This document shows, one piece after another, positions 13,258-25,798 of a stretch of DNA of 64,000 bases (position 1 is the stretch's first letter; the number at the start of each line of letters is the position of its first letter). The notes below the pieces were generated by a model. The model was not told where the DNA came from. It saw nothing but the letters and a program-made list of their open reading frames with translations, and did not search any database. The stretch spans positions 19,654,001 through 19,718,000 of the forward strand of contig OX597835.1 in NCBI GenBank assembly GCA_951406725.2, written 5' to 3'. Source of the stretch: Octopus vulgaris. Taxonomy: Eukaryota. A program made the position numbers and the translations under genes.

Positions 13258-13597
13258 CATATATACGACAGGCTTCTTTCAGTTTCTGTCTACCAAATCC
13301 ACTCACAAGGCATTGGTCGGCCCGGGGCTATAGCAGAAGACACGTAAACACACCAGCATCGGTTGTCAAGCAATGCTAGGGGGACAAACACAGACACACA
13401 AAAACACACATACACCCACACATATATATATATATATATATACATATATACGACAGGCTTCTTTCAGTTTCTGTCTACCAAATCCACTCACAAGGCATTG
13501 GTCGGCCCGGGGCTATAGCAGAAGACACTTGGCCAAGATGCCACGCAGTGGGACTGAAACCGGAACCATGTGGTTGGTTAGCAAGCTACTTACCACA
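13005..13597 (-). mobile_element. tRNA-derived SINE family B with internal 185-bp tandem duplication
   Basis: Matches the copies at 17.1, 45.2 and 61.2 kb; segment 13157-13343 is repeated at 13342-13528. Confidence 0.9.
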
Positions 13598-13989
13598 TTC
13601 CTCCTTCAAAATTGCCGAGGGAGCAAATGCAATAGATATGGCCAGGTGTCTGTGGTCGTGTAAGGAACGTATTTGCTGAATAAAGTCGTACGCAACTGCA
13701 TAGACTCTTTTAATAGAAGCAGCAAGAGCTGGTAATGTTTAGTCTAGAAAATAACAATATTTAAAAGATCTCAGTACCTAGGCATCGACAGAGTCCATCT
13801 TGTACTTATTTTATCGATCCCCCCGAAAATATTAAAGGTAAGGTTGACCTCGGCTGAATTTTGCCCAGCGTGCTAGCGATTCTGTCAGTTCCACCGCTTC
13901 AAGTGGTTACTTAATACTATTTGTTCATATAAGCTGGCAGGTAAGGAAAAATTATGGCCATTGCTTTCTGTAATAAGAAATGAGAAGAC

Positions 13990-15050
13990 ACATTAGCTAT
14001 GTGAGTGTTCTAAAGAACGTAAAAGGGATATTATCATGTGATATGCCCCTTTCCAGTAAAGACCTGCGATGTAAGTCAAATTCGTTGCCTATTGGTCATT
14101 TAGGAACCGATAAGAGGTTCTCTTACATGAACACAACCACCTGTCAGTCAACCATATTATTCGGGAACCTGTCAAAAAGAGTTACGAGTAGAATATCCAA
14201 CCTATCTTCAACTAAATTAATTCTTGAATCTCTTACCCCACAGTGCAATAAATATCTGGCCTCCGGTGGCTTTAGTAAGAGAATTAGCTATATATCAGAT
14301 ACATACCTTTCCAAAAGTAAATGCTACCGGGAAGTCATGTGGTTCCCACACCTTCTCTTTAAGTATAACATCTTGCGTCGGTACTGGATGATGGAAGCAC
14401 TCCGTCGGTTACGACGAGGAGGGTTCCGGTTGATCCGAATCAACGGAACAGCCTGCTCGTGAAATTAACGTGTAAGTGGCTGAGCACTCCACAGACACCT
14501 GTACCCTTAACGTAGTTCTCGGGGTTATTCAGCGTGACACAGAGAGTGACAAGGCCATCCCATTGAAATACAGGTACAACAGAAACAGAAAGTAAGAGTG
14601 AGAGAAAGTTGTGGTGAAAGAGTACAGCAGGGATCACCACCATCCCCTGCCGGGGCCTCGTGGAGCTTTAGGTGTTTTCGCTCAATAAACACTCACAACG
14701 CCCGGTCTGGGAATCGAAACTGAGATCCTATGACCGCGAGTCCGCTGCCCTTACCACTGGGCCATTGCGTCGGTACTAACACATTCCCGTAAAAATATGT
14801 TTAACAGTTTTCTCAAACTCTGAGCCTAGTGTAGAAAAGTTTCAGTAGTGAGGTCGACTACTTATTTAGATGGAGGATGCACATATAGTGATAAATTATC
14901 AGGTTCCATTAGCTGCTATGCTAATGTAGTATCAGTCGCAAATAAAAGAGAAGGCCTAAATGAGCAACTTAAATTAACAAGATTGCTTAAATAAGCAACC
15001 AACAATGCTAAAGTATGTAGAAACGTTCTAAGAGCCCCTTAGTACCAAAT
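13990..15050 (-). mobile_element. Highly decayed L1/Tx1-like RT relic, interrupted by SINE A
   Basis: Minus-strand remnants GALRTFLHTLAL (cf. QGxPLSxxLYxLAL), LLFATDTT (cf. xLFADDxT) and QIFIALWGKR. Confidence 0.35.
14390..14770 (-). mobile_element. SINE family A
   Basis: Reverse-complement match to 2500-2885; flanking direct repeat ttgcgtcggtact at 14373-14385 and 14765-14777. Confidence 0.9.
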
Positions 15051-15249
15051 TCAATAACATAGGGAGCAAATGCAATAGATATAGAAGGAAAGTGACACAC
15101 TTTGCTACATAAAGTCGTCGGGAAGGGCATAGCCCTTTTTTAATAGAAGCGGCAAGAATTTGTTATGTTTAGTCTAGAAAATAACAATATTTAAAAGATC
15201 TCAGCACCTAGGAATCTAGCTAAACTGCTGAAGGTATGATTTAAGTCCA

Positions 15250-15750
15250 AAAGGCGGCGAGCTGGGAGAAGCGTTAGCACGCCGGGCGAAATGCTTTGCG
15301 GTATTTCGTCTGCCGTTACGTTGTGAGTTCAAATTCCGCCGGGGTCGACTTTGCCTTTCATCCTTTTGGGGTCGATAAATTAAGCACCAGTTACGCACTG
15401 GGGTCGATGTAATCGACTTAATACCTATGTCTGTCCTTGTTTGTCCCCTCTATGTTTAGCCCCTTGTGGGTAATAAAGAAATAGGTATTTCGTCTTTCAG
15501 CTACGTTCTGAGTTTCAAATTCAACCGAAGTCGACTTTGCCTTTCATCCTTTCGGGGTCGATTAAATAAGTAGCAGTTACACACTGGGGTTGATACAATC
15601 GACTTAATCCGTTTGTCTATCATTGTTGGTTCCCTCTGAGTTTAGCCCCTTGTGGGCAGTAAAGAAATATGAAACCTAATTAATTAATGATATCTAAATT
15701 AATCTTGTTTGTCCCCCCTATGTTTAGCCCCTTGTGGGTAATAAAGAAAT
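15250..15750 (+). mobile_element. Composite SINE family C insertion (monomer, partial monomer, foreign snippet, tail)
   Basis: B box GAGTTCAAATTCC and conserved core gactttgcctttcatcctttcggggtcgataaa; 18-bp TSD aggtatgatttaagtcca at 15232-15249 and 15751-15768. Confidence 0.85.
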
Positions 15751-16002
15751 AGGTATGATTTAAGTCCATGTTCACATGATTAAGTTAATGAGGAATGACC
15801 AGTTATCTACTTTCGGCTCCTTCACGATTGTAAACTGAAAACTCAATATAGAATTTGCCCGAAGCACAAAAAAACGACCAGGCAGAAACTGCTGCGCACT
15901 AACAAGGATGTAAGCGTTTGTGCAACATATTTCACCCCTGTACCCACGCACATTATAATTACTCCGAAACCTTATGTTCATTTTCTATACATGAATACAC
16001 AA

Positions 16003-16039
<37 letters not shown>

Positions 16040-16042
<3 letters not shown>

Positions 16043-16655
16043 CTATACAATATGTTACATTACTCGGTAGTCAAGATAAAACTCTGAGTTTCAGATGCCG
16101 AAGTGGAAATCCACAACACCATCTCTTCGGTTATCTGGCTATTTGAAAACGTTATGAAAAAATACCGTTAAAAATGAAGGGAAATTACTCTGTTATAACT
16201 CTGCTTTGCCTGCGTACTTATACATCGCTCGCATTTTTCGTCATAAAAATTATATAAAAATACATAAAAATATATAAAAATATATAAAAATATATAAAAT
16301 CTTCTTGGGACATAACACAGAAAGCATGTTCTATCCGTTTTCTTTAGGGGACCAAAAACGTAACAGAAATTTATAATTTATATAATTTTTATGACGAAAA
16401 ATGCGAGCGATGTATAAGTACGCAGGCAAAGCAGAGTTATAACAGAGTAATTTCCCTTCATTTTTAACGGTATTTTTTCATAACGTTTTCAAATAGCCAG
16501 ATAACGAAGAGATGGTGTTGTGATTTCCACTTCGGCATCTGAAACTCAGAGTTTTATCTTGACTACCGAGTAATGTAACATATTGTATAGATAAATTTCC
16601 TCTATTTACATAATATTGAGGTCTCTTTCTTTCTTTTGTTATCTTACCGTTTTAT

Positions 16656-16658
<3 letters not shown>
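16040..16658. mobile_element. Foldback Penelope-like non-autonomous element in (TA)n (second family)
   Basis: Inverted arms 16040-16258 and 16377-16593 (two 1-nt indels), a 118-bp spacer, a ~65-bp unpaired extension on the right, TA flanks, and a hammerhead fold in the arms. Confidence 0.75.
16074..16136 (-). ncRNA. Hammerhead ribozyme variant (U4C core)
   Basis: agataa-CCGAAGA-GATG...CATC-t-GAAA-CTC-A-GAG-TT-ttatct, with a perfect 6-bp stem I. The plus-strand mirror at 16499-16559 has lost one core C. Confidence 0.7.
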
Positions 16659-16691
<33 letters not shown>

Positions 16692-16694
<3 letters not shown>

Positions 16695-17000
16695 CTTCGT
16701 GTTTTTTATTTCTGTTTAATATATAATTTTGTTTCTTGTATTTACATTCGTGTGACATCCTGTCTTTGTTCCGTATACATTCGACCCTCTTTCCAAGAAA
16801 TCCAATGCCTGTGACTTGGATTTTCCTTGGGGCTGGCCGGATCGGAGTGATATCGAGATTAAACAGCCGAAATCACTAAGATGATCCGGTTCCCGACTGA
16901 AGATTAGAGGCTTCGAGTGACCCGTCGGTTGTTTGTGTCGTCTCCTTGTGTGTTTTGCGTTCTTGTCCCACTTTGTAATTTATATTTTATATTAAATTCT
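16692..17000. mobile_element. TA-embedded interspersed element with an internal hairpin
   Basis: Bounded by (TA)n and (TACA)n; hairpin ccggatc..agtgat..atcact..gatccgg at ~16836-16889. Confidence 0.4.
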
Positions 17001-17081
17001 ATACATATATATATGTACATATGTACATAGAAACATACATACATACATACATACATACATACATACATACATACATACATA

Positions 17082-17324
17082 CTCTCTTTACTCTTTACTC
17101 TTTTACTTGTTTCAGTCATTTGACTGCGGCCATGCTGGGGCACCGCCTTTAGTCGAGCAACTCGACCCCGGGACTTAATCTTTGTAAGCCCAGTACTTAT
17201 TCTATCGGTCTCTTTTGCCGAACCGCTAAGCTACGTGGACATAAACAAACCAGCATCGGTTGTCAAGCAATGCTAGGGGGACAAACACACACACACAAAC
17301 ACACACACACACACACACATACAC

Positions 17325-17359
<35 letters not shown>

Positions 17360-17523
17360 CGACGGGCTTCTTTCAGTTTCAGTCTACCAAATCCACTCAC
17401 AAGGCTTTGGTCGGCCCGAGGCTATAGTAGAAGACACTTGCCCAAGGTGCCACACAGTGGGACTGAACCCGGAACCATGTGGTTGGTAAGCAAGCTACTT
17501 ACCACACAGCCACTCCTGCGCCT
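17082..17523 (-). mobile_element. SINE family B, full length
   Basis: Head aggcgcaggagtggctgtgtgg (A box), B box ggttcagtccc, internal TA/TG microsatellite, (gtaaaaga)n tail. Confidence 0.92.
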
Positions 17524-17881
17524 ATACATACATACATATAACATCAATGAGAAAACTATTCCTATCGAGTGTCTGGTGTATTATTGAATCCTAAACTAAT
17601 ACCATTCTAACATTTCTCAGTATATTTTATTGTAGAATAATTAATCGTAGAATTTGATTTAATGATCTAATGATTTCCTTTAATGGAATTATAAACTAAA
17701 ATTCAAAAGTTAAAGCAATTATATCTCTTAGTGACAAATTACAAATCTCATACATATATAAGAAACCTGGTATTAGAAGAGATAAAGAAACATTTAATTT
17801 ACTTATACTGTACAGAAATATACCATGTAAGTAATACACTATTCATACTTTGCACACCTGCACACACACACACACACAGAC

Positions 17882-17962
<81 letters not shown>

Positions 17963-18049
17963 TATGTGTGCATATGCGCTCGCTTGTGTTTGTACGGATG
18001 TATGAACGCCTATACATATATAAACACGCACACGATCATATACAAATGA

Positions 18050-18520
18050 GGTACAATATATATTTGATTAGGGAGTATAAGGAGGATGAAAGAATTGCGG
18101 ACGGGAATTGAGACCTAAAGGGACATAGGTTCTGAGAGAGAACATCAACTGCTGTTACAACGGGAGGTGAGAGATAAGAAATTCCCAGGCGATAGACACA
18201 CCGAAGACCCTGATGCGTTGGGTGGAAATGTCAATAGAATGGCGGCCGGGACTGTTACTGCCCGCTAATGGAAATAATTATTTTAGATTAAAATAAAATG
18301 TGGAGAGATATAACAAGTTGAGTCCAGTGAATGTGTTGGAAAGAGTTGAATGTGTTGGCAATATTGAGGGTAGCAGGGAAGGGGAATGAGTTTAAGTGCG
18401 ACGAACCAATGAATGAGGTGGCTGCGAAGTTTGCAGATATGTGGAAGTGAGAATGGCCAAGAGGAGAAAGTTGCACTAAATGATGCACCAGTTGCGCATC
18501 ATTTAGATAATCCACATATT
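18050..18520 (-). mobile_element. Possible decayed LINE relic (endonuclease end and RT C-terminus)
   Basis: VQLSPLGHSHFHIS (cf. PLGxSDHxxI) and LRCVYRL remnants; heavily eroded. Confidence 0.3.
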
Positions 18521-18569
18521 TTGGATAACAGTATTCACAGATCTAGTTTGACTATTTCTTCTCAATTCT

Positions 18570-18958
18570 CTTTTAGTTGTTTCAGTCATTTGAATGCGGC
18601 CATGCTTGAGCATCGCCTTTAATCGAGCAAATCGACCCCCAGGGCTCATTCTTTGGAAGCCTAGTACTTATTCTATCGGTATCTTTTGCCGAACCGCTAA
18701 GTTACGGGGACGTAAACACACCACCATCTGTTGTCAAGCGGTGTTGGTGGGACAAACACAGACACACAAACATATATACATGCGCACATATGTATTTGCA
18801 ACGGGCTTCTTTTAGTTTCCGTCTAACAAATCCACTCAAAAGGCTTTGGTCGGCCCGAGGCTATAGTAGAAAACACTTGCCCAAGGTGCTACGCAGTGGG
18901 ACTGAACCCGTAACCATGTGGTCGGTAAGCAAGCTTCTTACCACACAGCCACTCCTGC
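18570..18958 (-). mobile_element. SINE family B
   Basis: Reverse-complement match to the family B consensus. Confidence 0.88.
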
Positions 18959-19350
18959 ACATTCTACAGTTACATGCCTCATTCTGCTCCTATATATGAA
19001 ATTACTCGGAGAAACTTTGATATCACAAAAAAAAAAGTTACATTCACTTCGTCGCTAAGTTGTACAATACGCGAAATATCCAGGATTATAATTCAATTTT
19101 AATATAACTAAAGCTTAAATTTTCAGTTATTTTCCATGAAGGGGCTTTTCGTCTTGCTTTTACACGACATTCTATACATTATATTCTATCAACGAAAACA
19201 GATTTGGCTCAAATTCAATTATCATACGAGTTCCTCGTTGTTGTTGTTGTTGTTATTGCTATATTGTTGGTGCTGTTGTTGGCGTTGTTGTTGTTGCTGT
19301 TTTTGCTGTAGTTGTTATTGCTGTCGTTGCTGTAATATTTCTCGTCATTT

Positions 19351-19515
19351 TTCTTCTTCTTCTTCTTCTTCTTCTTCTTCTTCTTCTTCTTCCCTCTTCT
19401 CTACTTTCATTTAATTTTTCAAGCCATGAGGTTTACTACTACTACTATGAATACTACTACTACTGCTACTACTACTACTACTACTCTCACCACTACTACT
19501 ACTACTCCTACTACC

Positions 19516-19586
<71 letters not shown>

Positions 19587-19839
19587 GACTACTACGACTA
19601 CTACTACGACTACGACTACTACTACTACTATTACTACTACTACTCCTCCCACTCCTCTTCGTCCACCTCCTACTACTAAAACTACTTCTACTCATAATCA
19701 ACCGGGACTTCCATTCTCACTCAGTTTATCATCATCCTCATCATCATCAACTTCATTATTATTATTGTTATTATTATTATTACTATTATTAATATTATTA
19801 TTATTTTTATTATTGTAATCATTATCATTATTATTATTA

Positions 19840-19907
<68 letters not shown>
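19351..19907. repeat. Compound (TTC)n, (ACT)n and (ATT)n microsatellites
   Basis: Direct inspection. Confidence 0.9.
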
Positions 19908-20462
19908 GAGTGAGAGAGCAGTGCATGCCATCAAAGTGACACTGGGGTAAAATATACGAAGCCCAATATATCCATCATGACTACCCGTCTGATAAGGGTA
20001 CACCAGGCACATGCATCAGAACTATATGTGCGCGACATGGTGATCTCATATCAAGATAAACAGCACATGACCTTGCAGGTGGGGCCCAGTTAGAATTTTC
20101 TTCTGGTTGAGTAGCCCATCCCGCTCAAAAGGTCCCTGAATAAGGGTTGTTTAAGGATGTTGAAAGAACCACCCATGTTTCCAGAGGTGATTTATTCAAA
20201 CCCCAAAGAATTCCTCTCAACACATGGCTATGATGCTCCCCCACTACTTCTGCTCGTTATCAGAGATGCACATATCGTCAGCCACTAAGGAACATGCTCA
20301 ACTGGTTAAGGTCAAACAACTGACAAGCAAATCTGTGGTATTGAGCAGAATATTTGCTGTAGCCCATCTTTTATACCAAGACAAAACAATGTACATGATA
20401 ACACTTCCAATCAGTTAGGATCAGAAGCCATGAGAGCCACTGCCTGGTACTGCATCAGGGCA
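19908..20462 (-). mobile_element. Family D: ~550-bp non-coding element inserted in (TAA)n
   Basis: Four copies in the window with a common end (ctctctcactc followed by (aat)n) and TAA repeats on both sides. Confidence 0.85.
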
Positions 20463-20488
20463 TTCATTATTATTATTATTATTATTAA

Positions 20489-20578
<90 letters not shown>

Positions 20579-20779
20579 CAACATTATTATCAGTAGCTGT
20601 AGTATTGCAATGCTTAAGGAACGTTATTTTAAGTACGTACATACATATCTATATATACGTATATCCATAATATATATATAAACAGACACACAACAAACGC
20701 GCATATATTTAAGCTTGTGTGTATTTCTATAAACACTTTAAACATATTCATACACTCATACAAACATATATGTATATGT

Positions 20780-20833
<54 letters not shown>

Positions 20834-20842
20834 CATACATAC

Positions 20843-20873
<31 letters not shown>

Positions 20874-20880
20874 TATATTA

Positions 20881-20932
<52 letters not shown>

Positions 20933-21210
20933 GTATGTATATAGTTTGTGCGTATGTGCATATGTGATTATTGCGCAAATAAGTAGGAGAGACACACAAT
21001 AGACCTGCAATTTCCTTAAATTTCTTTCAGTGCGCTGTAAATCAAAGATGGGGAAGGAATTGTGATAGGAAACACTATTGAATAGAATAATACAACAGTA
21101 AATTTTGAAGACGAGAAAATAGTTTCGGAAAACTTGAACAAAGAGAAAGAGAATTATAATATAAAGTACGTACGTAGTAGATAGGTTTATGAATACATAT
21201 ATATATATTG

Positions 21211-21243
<33 letters not shown>

Positions 21244-21343
21244 GAAGCGCTTGTGTGTGCGCAGAAGTGTGACTGTGCTTGTATGTAGAAAGATAGACAC
21301 ACACATAGACACACATATATATGTATAATTATATTTATACATG

Positions 21344-21395
<52 letters not shown>

Positions 21396-21400
21396 CACAC

Positions 21401-21457
<57 letters not shown>

Positions 21458-21729
21458 TATATATATATGTGTGTGTGTGTGTCAGAATTGCCTGCTGCTA
21501 CAAATAAAGTAAAGACTCCTGAGTAGTGTATACAAGAAATGATATATGTATTAATAATTTAAACCTGAATATTTATGTTCCCGCTGCTTAATACTAATAT
21601 CATCAAAGAGTAATACTCGCATTGAAACACACACACACATGTTTATATGAACGTGTATACAGAGAGATAGTTGTAGATATCTAATGGATATATATACAAA
21701 TTTTCACATGCAATTATACGTATACATGT

Positions 21730-21794
<65 letters not shown>

Positions 21795-21838
21795 CACACA
21801 CATACGTATATACATACATATATATAGAGAGAGAGAAC

Positions 21839-21876
<38 letters not shown>

Positions 21877-21923
21877 CACATACGTATATACATATACATA
21901 TATATATACATGCATACACATAC

Positions 21924-21960
<37 letters not shown>

Positions 21961-22050
21961 TATATACGTATATATTTTCATATATATATACGCATATATA
22001 TATAAATATGTGTATGTATCTATATATCTTTCTATCTATCTATTCCTATG

Positions 22051-22185
<135 letters not shown>

Positions 22186-23299
22186 AGTGTAATTTTGAGT
22201 AACAAATATTCAATTTTTTAAAATCAATTCACATACAGACATTGTGAGAAATATACTTCCAATAAATTCTCTCGCTTATCTACTTACCTGTATATCTGCA
22301 TATCTATCTCTCTATCTGTCTGTCTGTCTGTATGTATGTCTGTCTGTCTGTCTATATGCGTGTTAGTCTCTTTATGTTTCCTTACATATTTGTGTATGTG
22401 TGTGTTTAAGTGTGTATGTGTGCATAGCTGCGTAAATGCATATATATTTCTTTATATCTGTTTAGACATATGGGTGTGTATGTACCTGCCTACTTGTATG
22501 TGTGTCTTTTTGTGCATGCCTGAGTATAAATAATTGATGCATCAATGGAAATCGAAAAAAAATATATATATACCACAGACAGAAATTGTTTTTATCTGGC
22601 AATAATAAAAAAAAAAGTTTAAATAAATACCAAAGCACATAAGAGAAAAAAATGAAGCAGAAATAAATAAATTTCATATAAAACTTTTCATGAACTTCTG
22701 CTTTGCTGTAACTTACCCATTTTTTCTCCTCGATATTGTTTTTTTATTCTCATTTCAATTACATTAAAAGAAAATGGTATATTAATATATTGGTGGTCAG
22801 ATTTATAATCATCATCTTCATTGACATCACCACCATGATCCTTAGAGTCGTCTAAACAATTACCATGTTCCTTAGGACATCTATACAATCAACACACCTC
22901 CACCAAGCCAATTTCATCGACGTCAGTATCATTATCAACATTATCATCATCATCATCATCATTATCCTCACGGACGTCGTCGTAGGCATTGTCTTCGCAG
23001 TTATCGTTGCCCTTGTTGTCATCATTATCCTCTTTATGATCATTCTCCTTAAAATCTGCAGCTCTAACAGCATCATCCTCAGCTATATTTTTATCAGCAT
23101 CAACACCAACATCATTTTTTTATTCCTGATCGTAATCAAATATATCACCATCACCAGCTTCTTCATTTTCATCATCGTCATGAATATCATATTCTTCATT
23201 GTCATCATCAACATCATCATCTGCAAACAGCTGTAGATGAACCAGTCTGAAGCCCCTGAGGGTGGTGTGATTCCGCTTGGAGAAGGAACTGCTAGCGAT

Positions 23300-24230
23300 G
23301 GGAAAAGGTTTGCATTTCATAAACTAGTTTGACCTCTCTGGCAGATAACAATTTTGCTGTTTGTAATTGATGTTAATCTCAAACTTTCTCCGGCCTCTGC
23401 TAATTTCCAATATCCGTACTAGAAAAGTTGAGGATGCACAAGCCAAAATCTGCTTGTACACAAGTCAGTGGTTTGGTGTCCCACCGGGCCTTGCTAACGT
23501 AGCGCCCAACAATCACCTGGCAAAACTAAAGCTACCTCTCAAGTCCATCATTAAAGAATAAAATGTGTAAAATTCAAGGCTCTTAATCATACTGGAAGAG
23601 ACGAAAGAGATGTGAGTTTGATCTCGCCCAACCTGAAGATGTAGGAAAGTAAAGCCTTACGGTCAGAGAAATAATGGGACACACTCAGGCCAATAGGATG
23701 TGACTAGCCATAACGAAAAGTAAATAATGAGCAGACGCCATGGAAAACATGAGGAGAGAGATAACTCTTCAGTGGGTGTAAAATGAAGAGGCTGCCATGT
23801 TTATCTGTAAGGCCGTGGAGAAGAGGCAACAGTGCCAGTAGATGCCGTGGATAGGTGCACTGCAGAAGATTCTCGGATGAAGCGAATTGCGGATTATGAC
23901 ATCTCTTAAAACAAGTTTTATCCTCAGATTTCTGTATGACCTCCTGCAATCGAATAGAAATCAGCGAAGTGAGGCAAATCAGATACCCCTGACTGCTCAG
24001 TCTACAGGGATTAAAAGACAATGAAACACGTTTTGAGCTGCAGCAGAATAACACTAGCCCAAGGAGGCACAATCAAGTTCCCATAGCAGATGCACAAGTG
24101 GTAAAGTCGGCAAGATTCAAATCAGACCCTATAACACATTAGGAGGCAGCATATCATGGCCGGGATAACTATGCTATACGGGGAATGAGAATGGACTCCT
24201 TGTGGGTGATGCGAATGAATGGGAGTATTC
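23300..24230 (+). mobile_element. Decayed HERO-clade (R2 group) non-LTR retrotransposon fragment
   Basis: PLLISNI..KVEDAQAKICLYTSQWFGVPPGLANVA....KLKLPLKSIIKE, EIMGHTQANR, SFILRFLYDLL and a C-terminal zinc-finger remnant TMKHVLSCSRITLAQG, colinear with HERO ORF motifs. Confidence 0.75.
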
Positions 24231-24259
24231 AGCAGACCTCCCGGTTACAGATAATAATA

Positions 24260-24472
24260 ATTTCCAATTTTGCTAAAAAGGGCAGAAACTTTCGGGGAAA
24301 GAATAAGTCGATTATATCAACCTCACTGTTTAACTGGTACTTATTTTATCGATCCCGAAAGGATAAGATGCAATGTCGACGTCGAGGGAATTTGAACTCT
24401 GAACGTAGCGGCAGACGAAATACCACTAAACACTTCGTCCAGCGTGCTAACGGTTCTGCCAGCTCAGCGCCT
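24260..24472 (-). mobile_element. SINE family C
   Basis: Reverse complement begins aaggcgctgagctggcagaaccgttagcacg and contains the family core. Confidence 0.75.
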
Positions 24473-24474
24473 TA

Positions 24475-24523
<49 letters not shown>

Positions 24524-24528
24524 TAATA

Positions 24529-25082
24529 GCCCTGATGCAGTACCAGGCAGTGGCTCTCATGGCTTCTGATCTTAACTGATTGGAAGTGTTATCATGTACA
24601 TTGTTTTGTCTTGGTATAAAAGAATGGCTACAGCAAATATTCTGCTCAATACCACAGATTTGCTTGTCAGTTGTTTGACCTTAACCAGTTGAGCATGTCC
24701 CTTAGTGGCTGACGATATGTGCATCTCTGATCACGAGCAGAAGTAGTGGGGGAGCATCATGGCCATGTGTTGAGAGGGATTCTTTGGAGTTTGAATGGTT
24801 CACCTCTGGAAACATAGGTGTTTCGTTCAACATCCTAAAGCAACCCTTATTCAGGGACCGTTTGAGCAGGATGGGCTACTCAACCTGAAGAAAATTCTAA
24901 CTGGGCCCCACCTGCAAGGTCATGTGCTGTTTATCTTGATATGAGATCACCATGTCGCGCACATATGGTTGTGATGCATGTGCCTGGTGTACCTTTATCA
25001 GACGGGTAGTCATGATGGGTATATTGGGCTTCGTATATTTTACCCCAGTGTCACTTTGATGGCATGCACTGCTCTCTCACTC
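24529..25082 (+). mobile_element. Family D (TAA)n-specific element
   Basis: Full copy gccctgatgcagtacc...gctctctcactc between (AAT)n tracts. Confidence 0.88.
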
Positions 25083-25123
<41 letters not shown>

Positions 25124-25465
25124 GGATGATAATCTTCGTAACAGAAGAAGAACAGAAGAAGGAGAAGAAGAAGAAAATGGGTGATAATGATAATGTTACA
25201 ACAGGTGCCTGATGTCTCTTTAGAACCTTCAAGAAATATAAAATATGCATTTGTATGTACATAGTCTTTATTAGTTCTTTATTAGTGCTTTGAAGTTTTT
25301 ATTAGTGTTTATTAGTTATTTGTGTTTACTGTTAATATCCACAGTGGTGTTAGTGAATCATGTCTGTTAGACACCTATGAAGTCTTTAAGAGGAGGTTTT
25401 GCAGATTGCAGGCATAGAGTCCTTTTTATCACACATATTTCAACCTACTAAACTATGAACCATTA

Positions 25466-25798
25466 TTAGCTCCGCCTTCTTCGCTAAGGCGGAGATATAG
25501 TTTTCAGTGGTGTTTGTTTGTCTGTGGTCAAGAATCTCAAGAACCACTGGATGAAACCTTCATGGATATTTTGCCTCGTAACTGGTGGCAAGAAATGATT
25601 AGGTTTTTGGATTTGATCCAGTACCTCTTCTTTTACATAATTTTTGAAAGCGGTCGGCTTCATTTTTAGTATTCTTGTTTGTGATAGCTGTCAAGTTTAT
25701 TTCAGATATTTTCATTTTAAAAATTATCTCCGGCTAGTCGTTGAGAGGACGTTGGTGTTGCCTTGGCAGAGGTTTGCGCTCTCTGAATGCTCTTGTTT
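25466..25798 (+). mobile_element. HINE/Helentron-like element (paralogue of 9673-10010)
   Basis: ctccgcc...aaggcggag start and ccttggcagaggtttgcgctctctgaatgc end. Confidence 0.6.

Noticed and set aside
13980-14462. 160-aa plus-strand ORF
   Set aside because: It runs into an antisense SINE A and lies antisense to a decayed L1-like relic; no domain recognised.
24529-24600. Possible HDV-like ribozyme or U2 snRNA-like start of family D
   Set aside because: I could not build P1/P2 pairings by eye, and the U2 resemblance is only ~10 nt.
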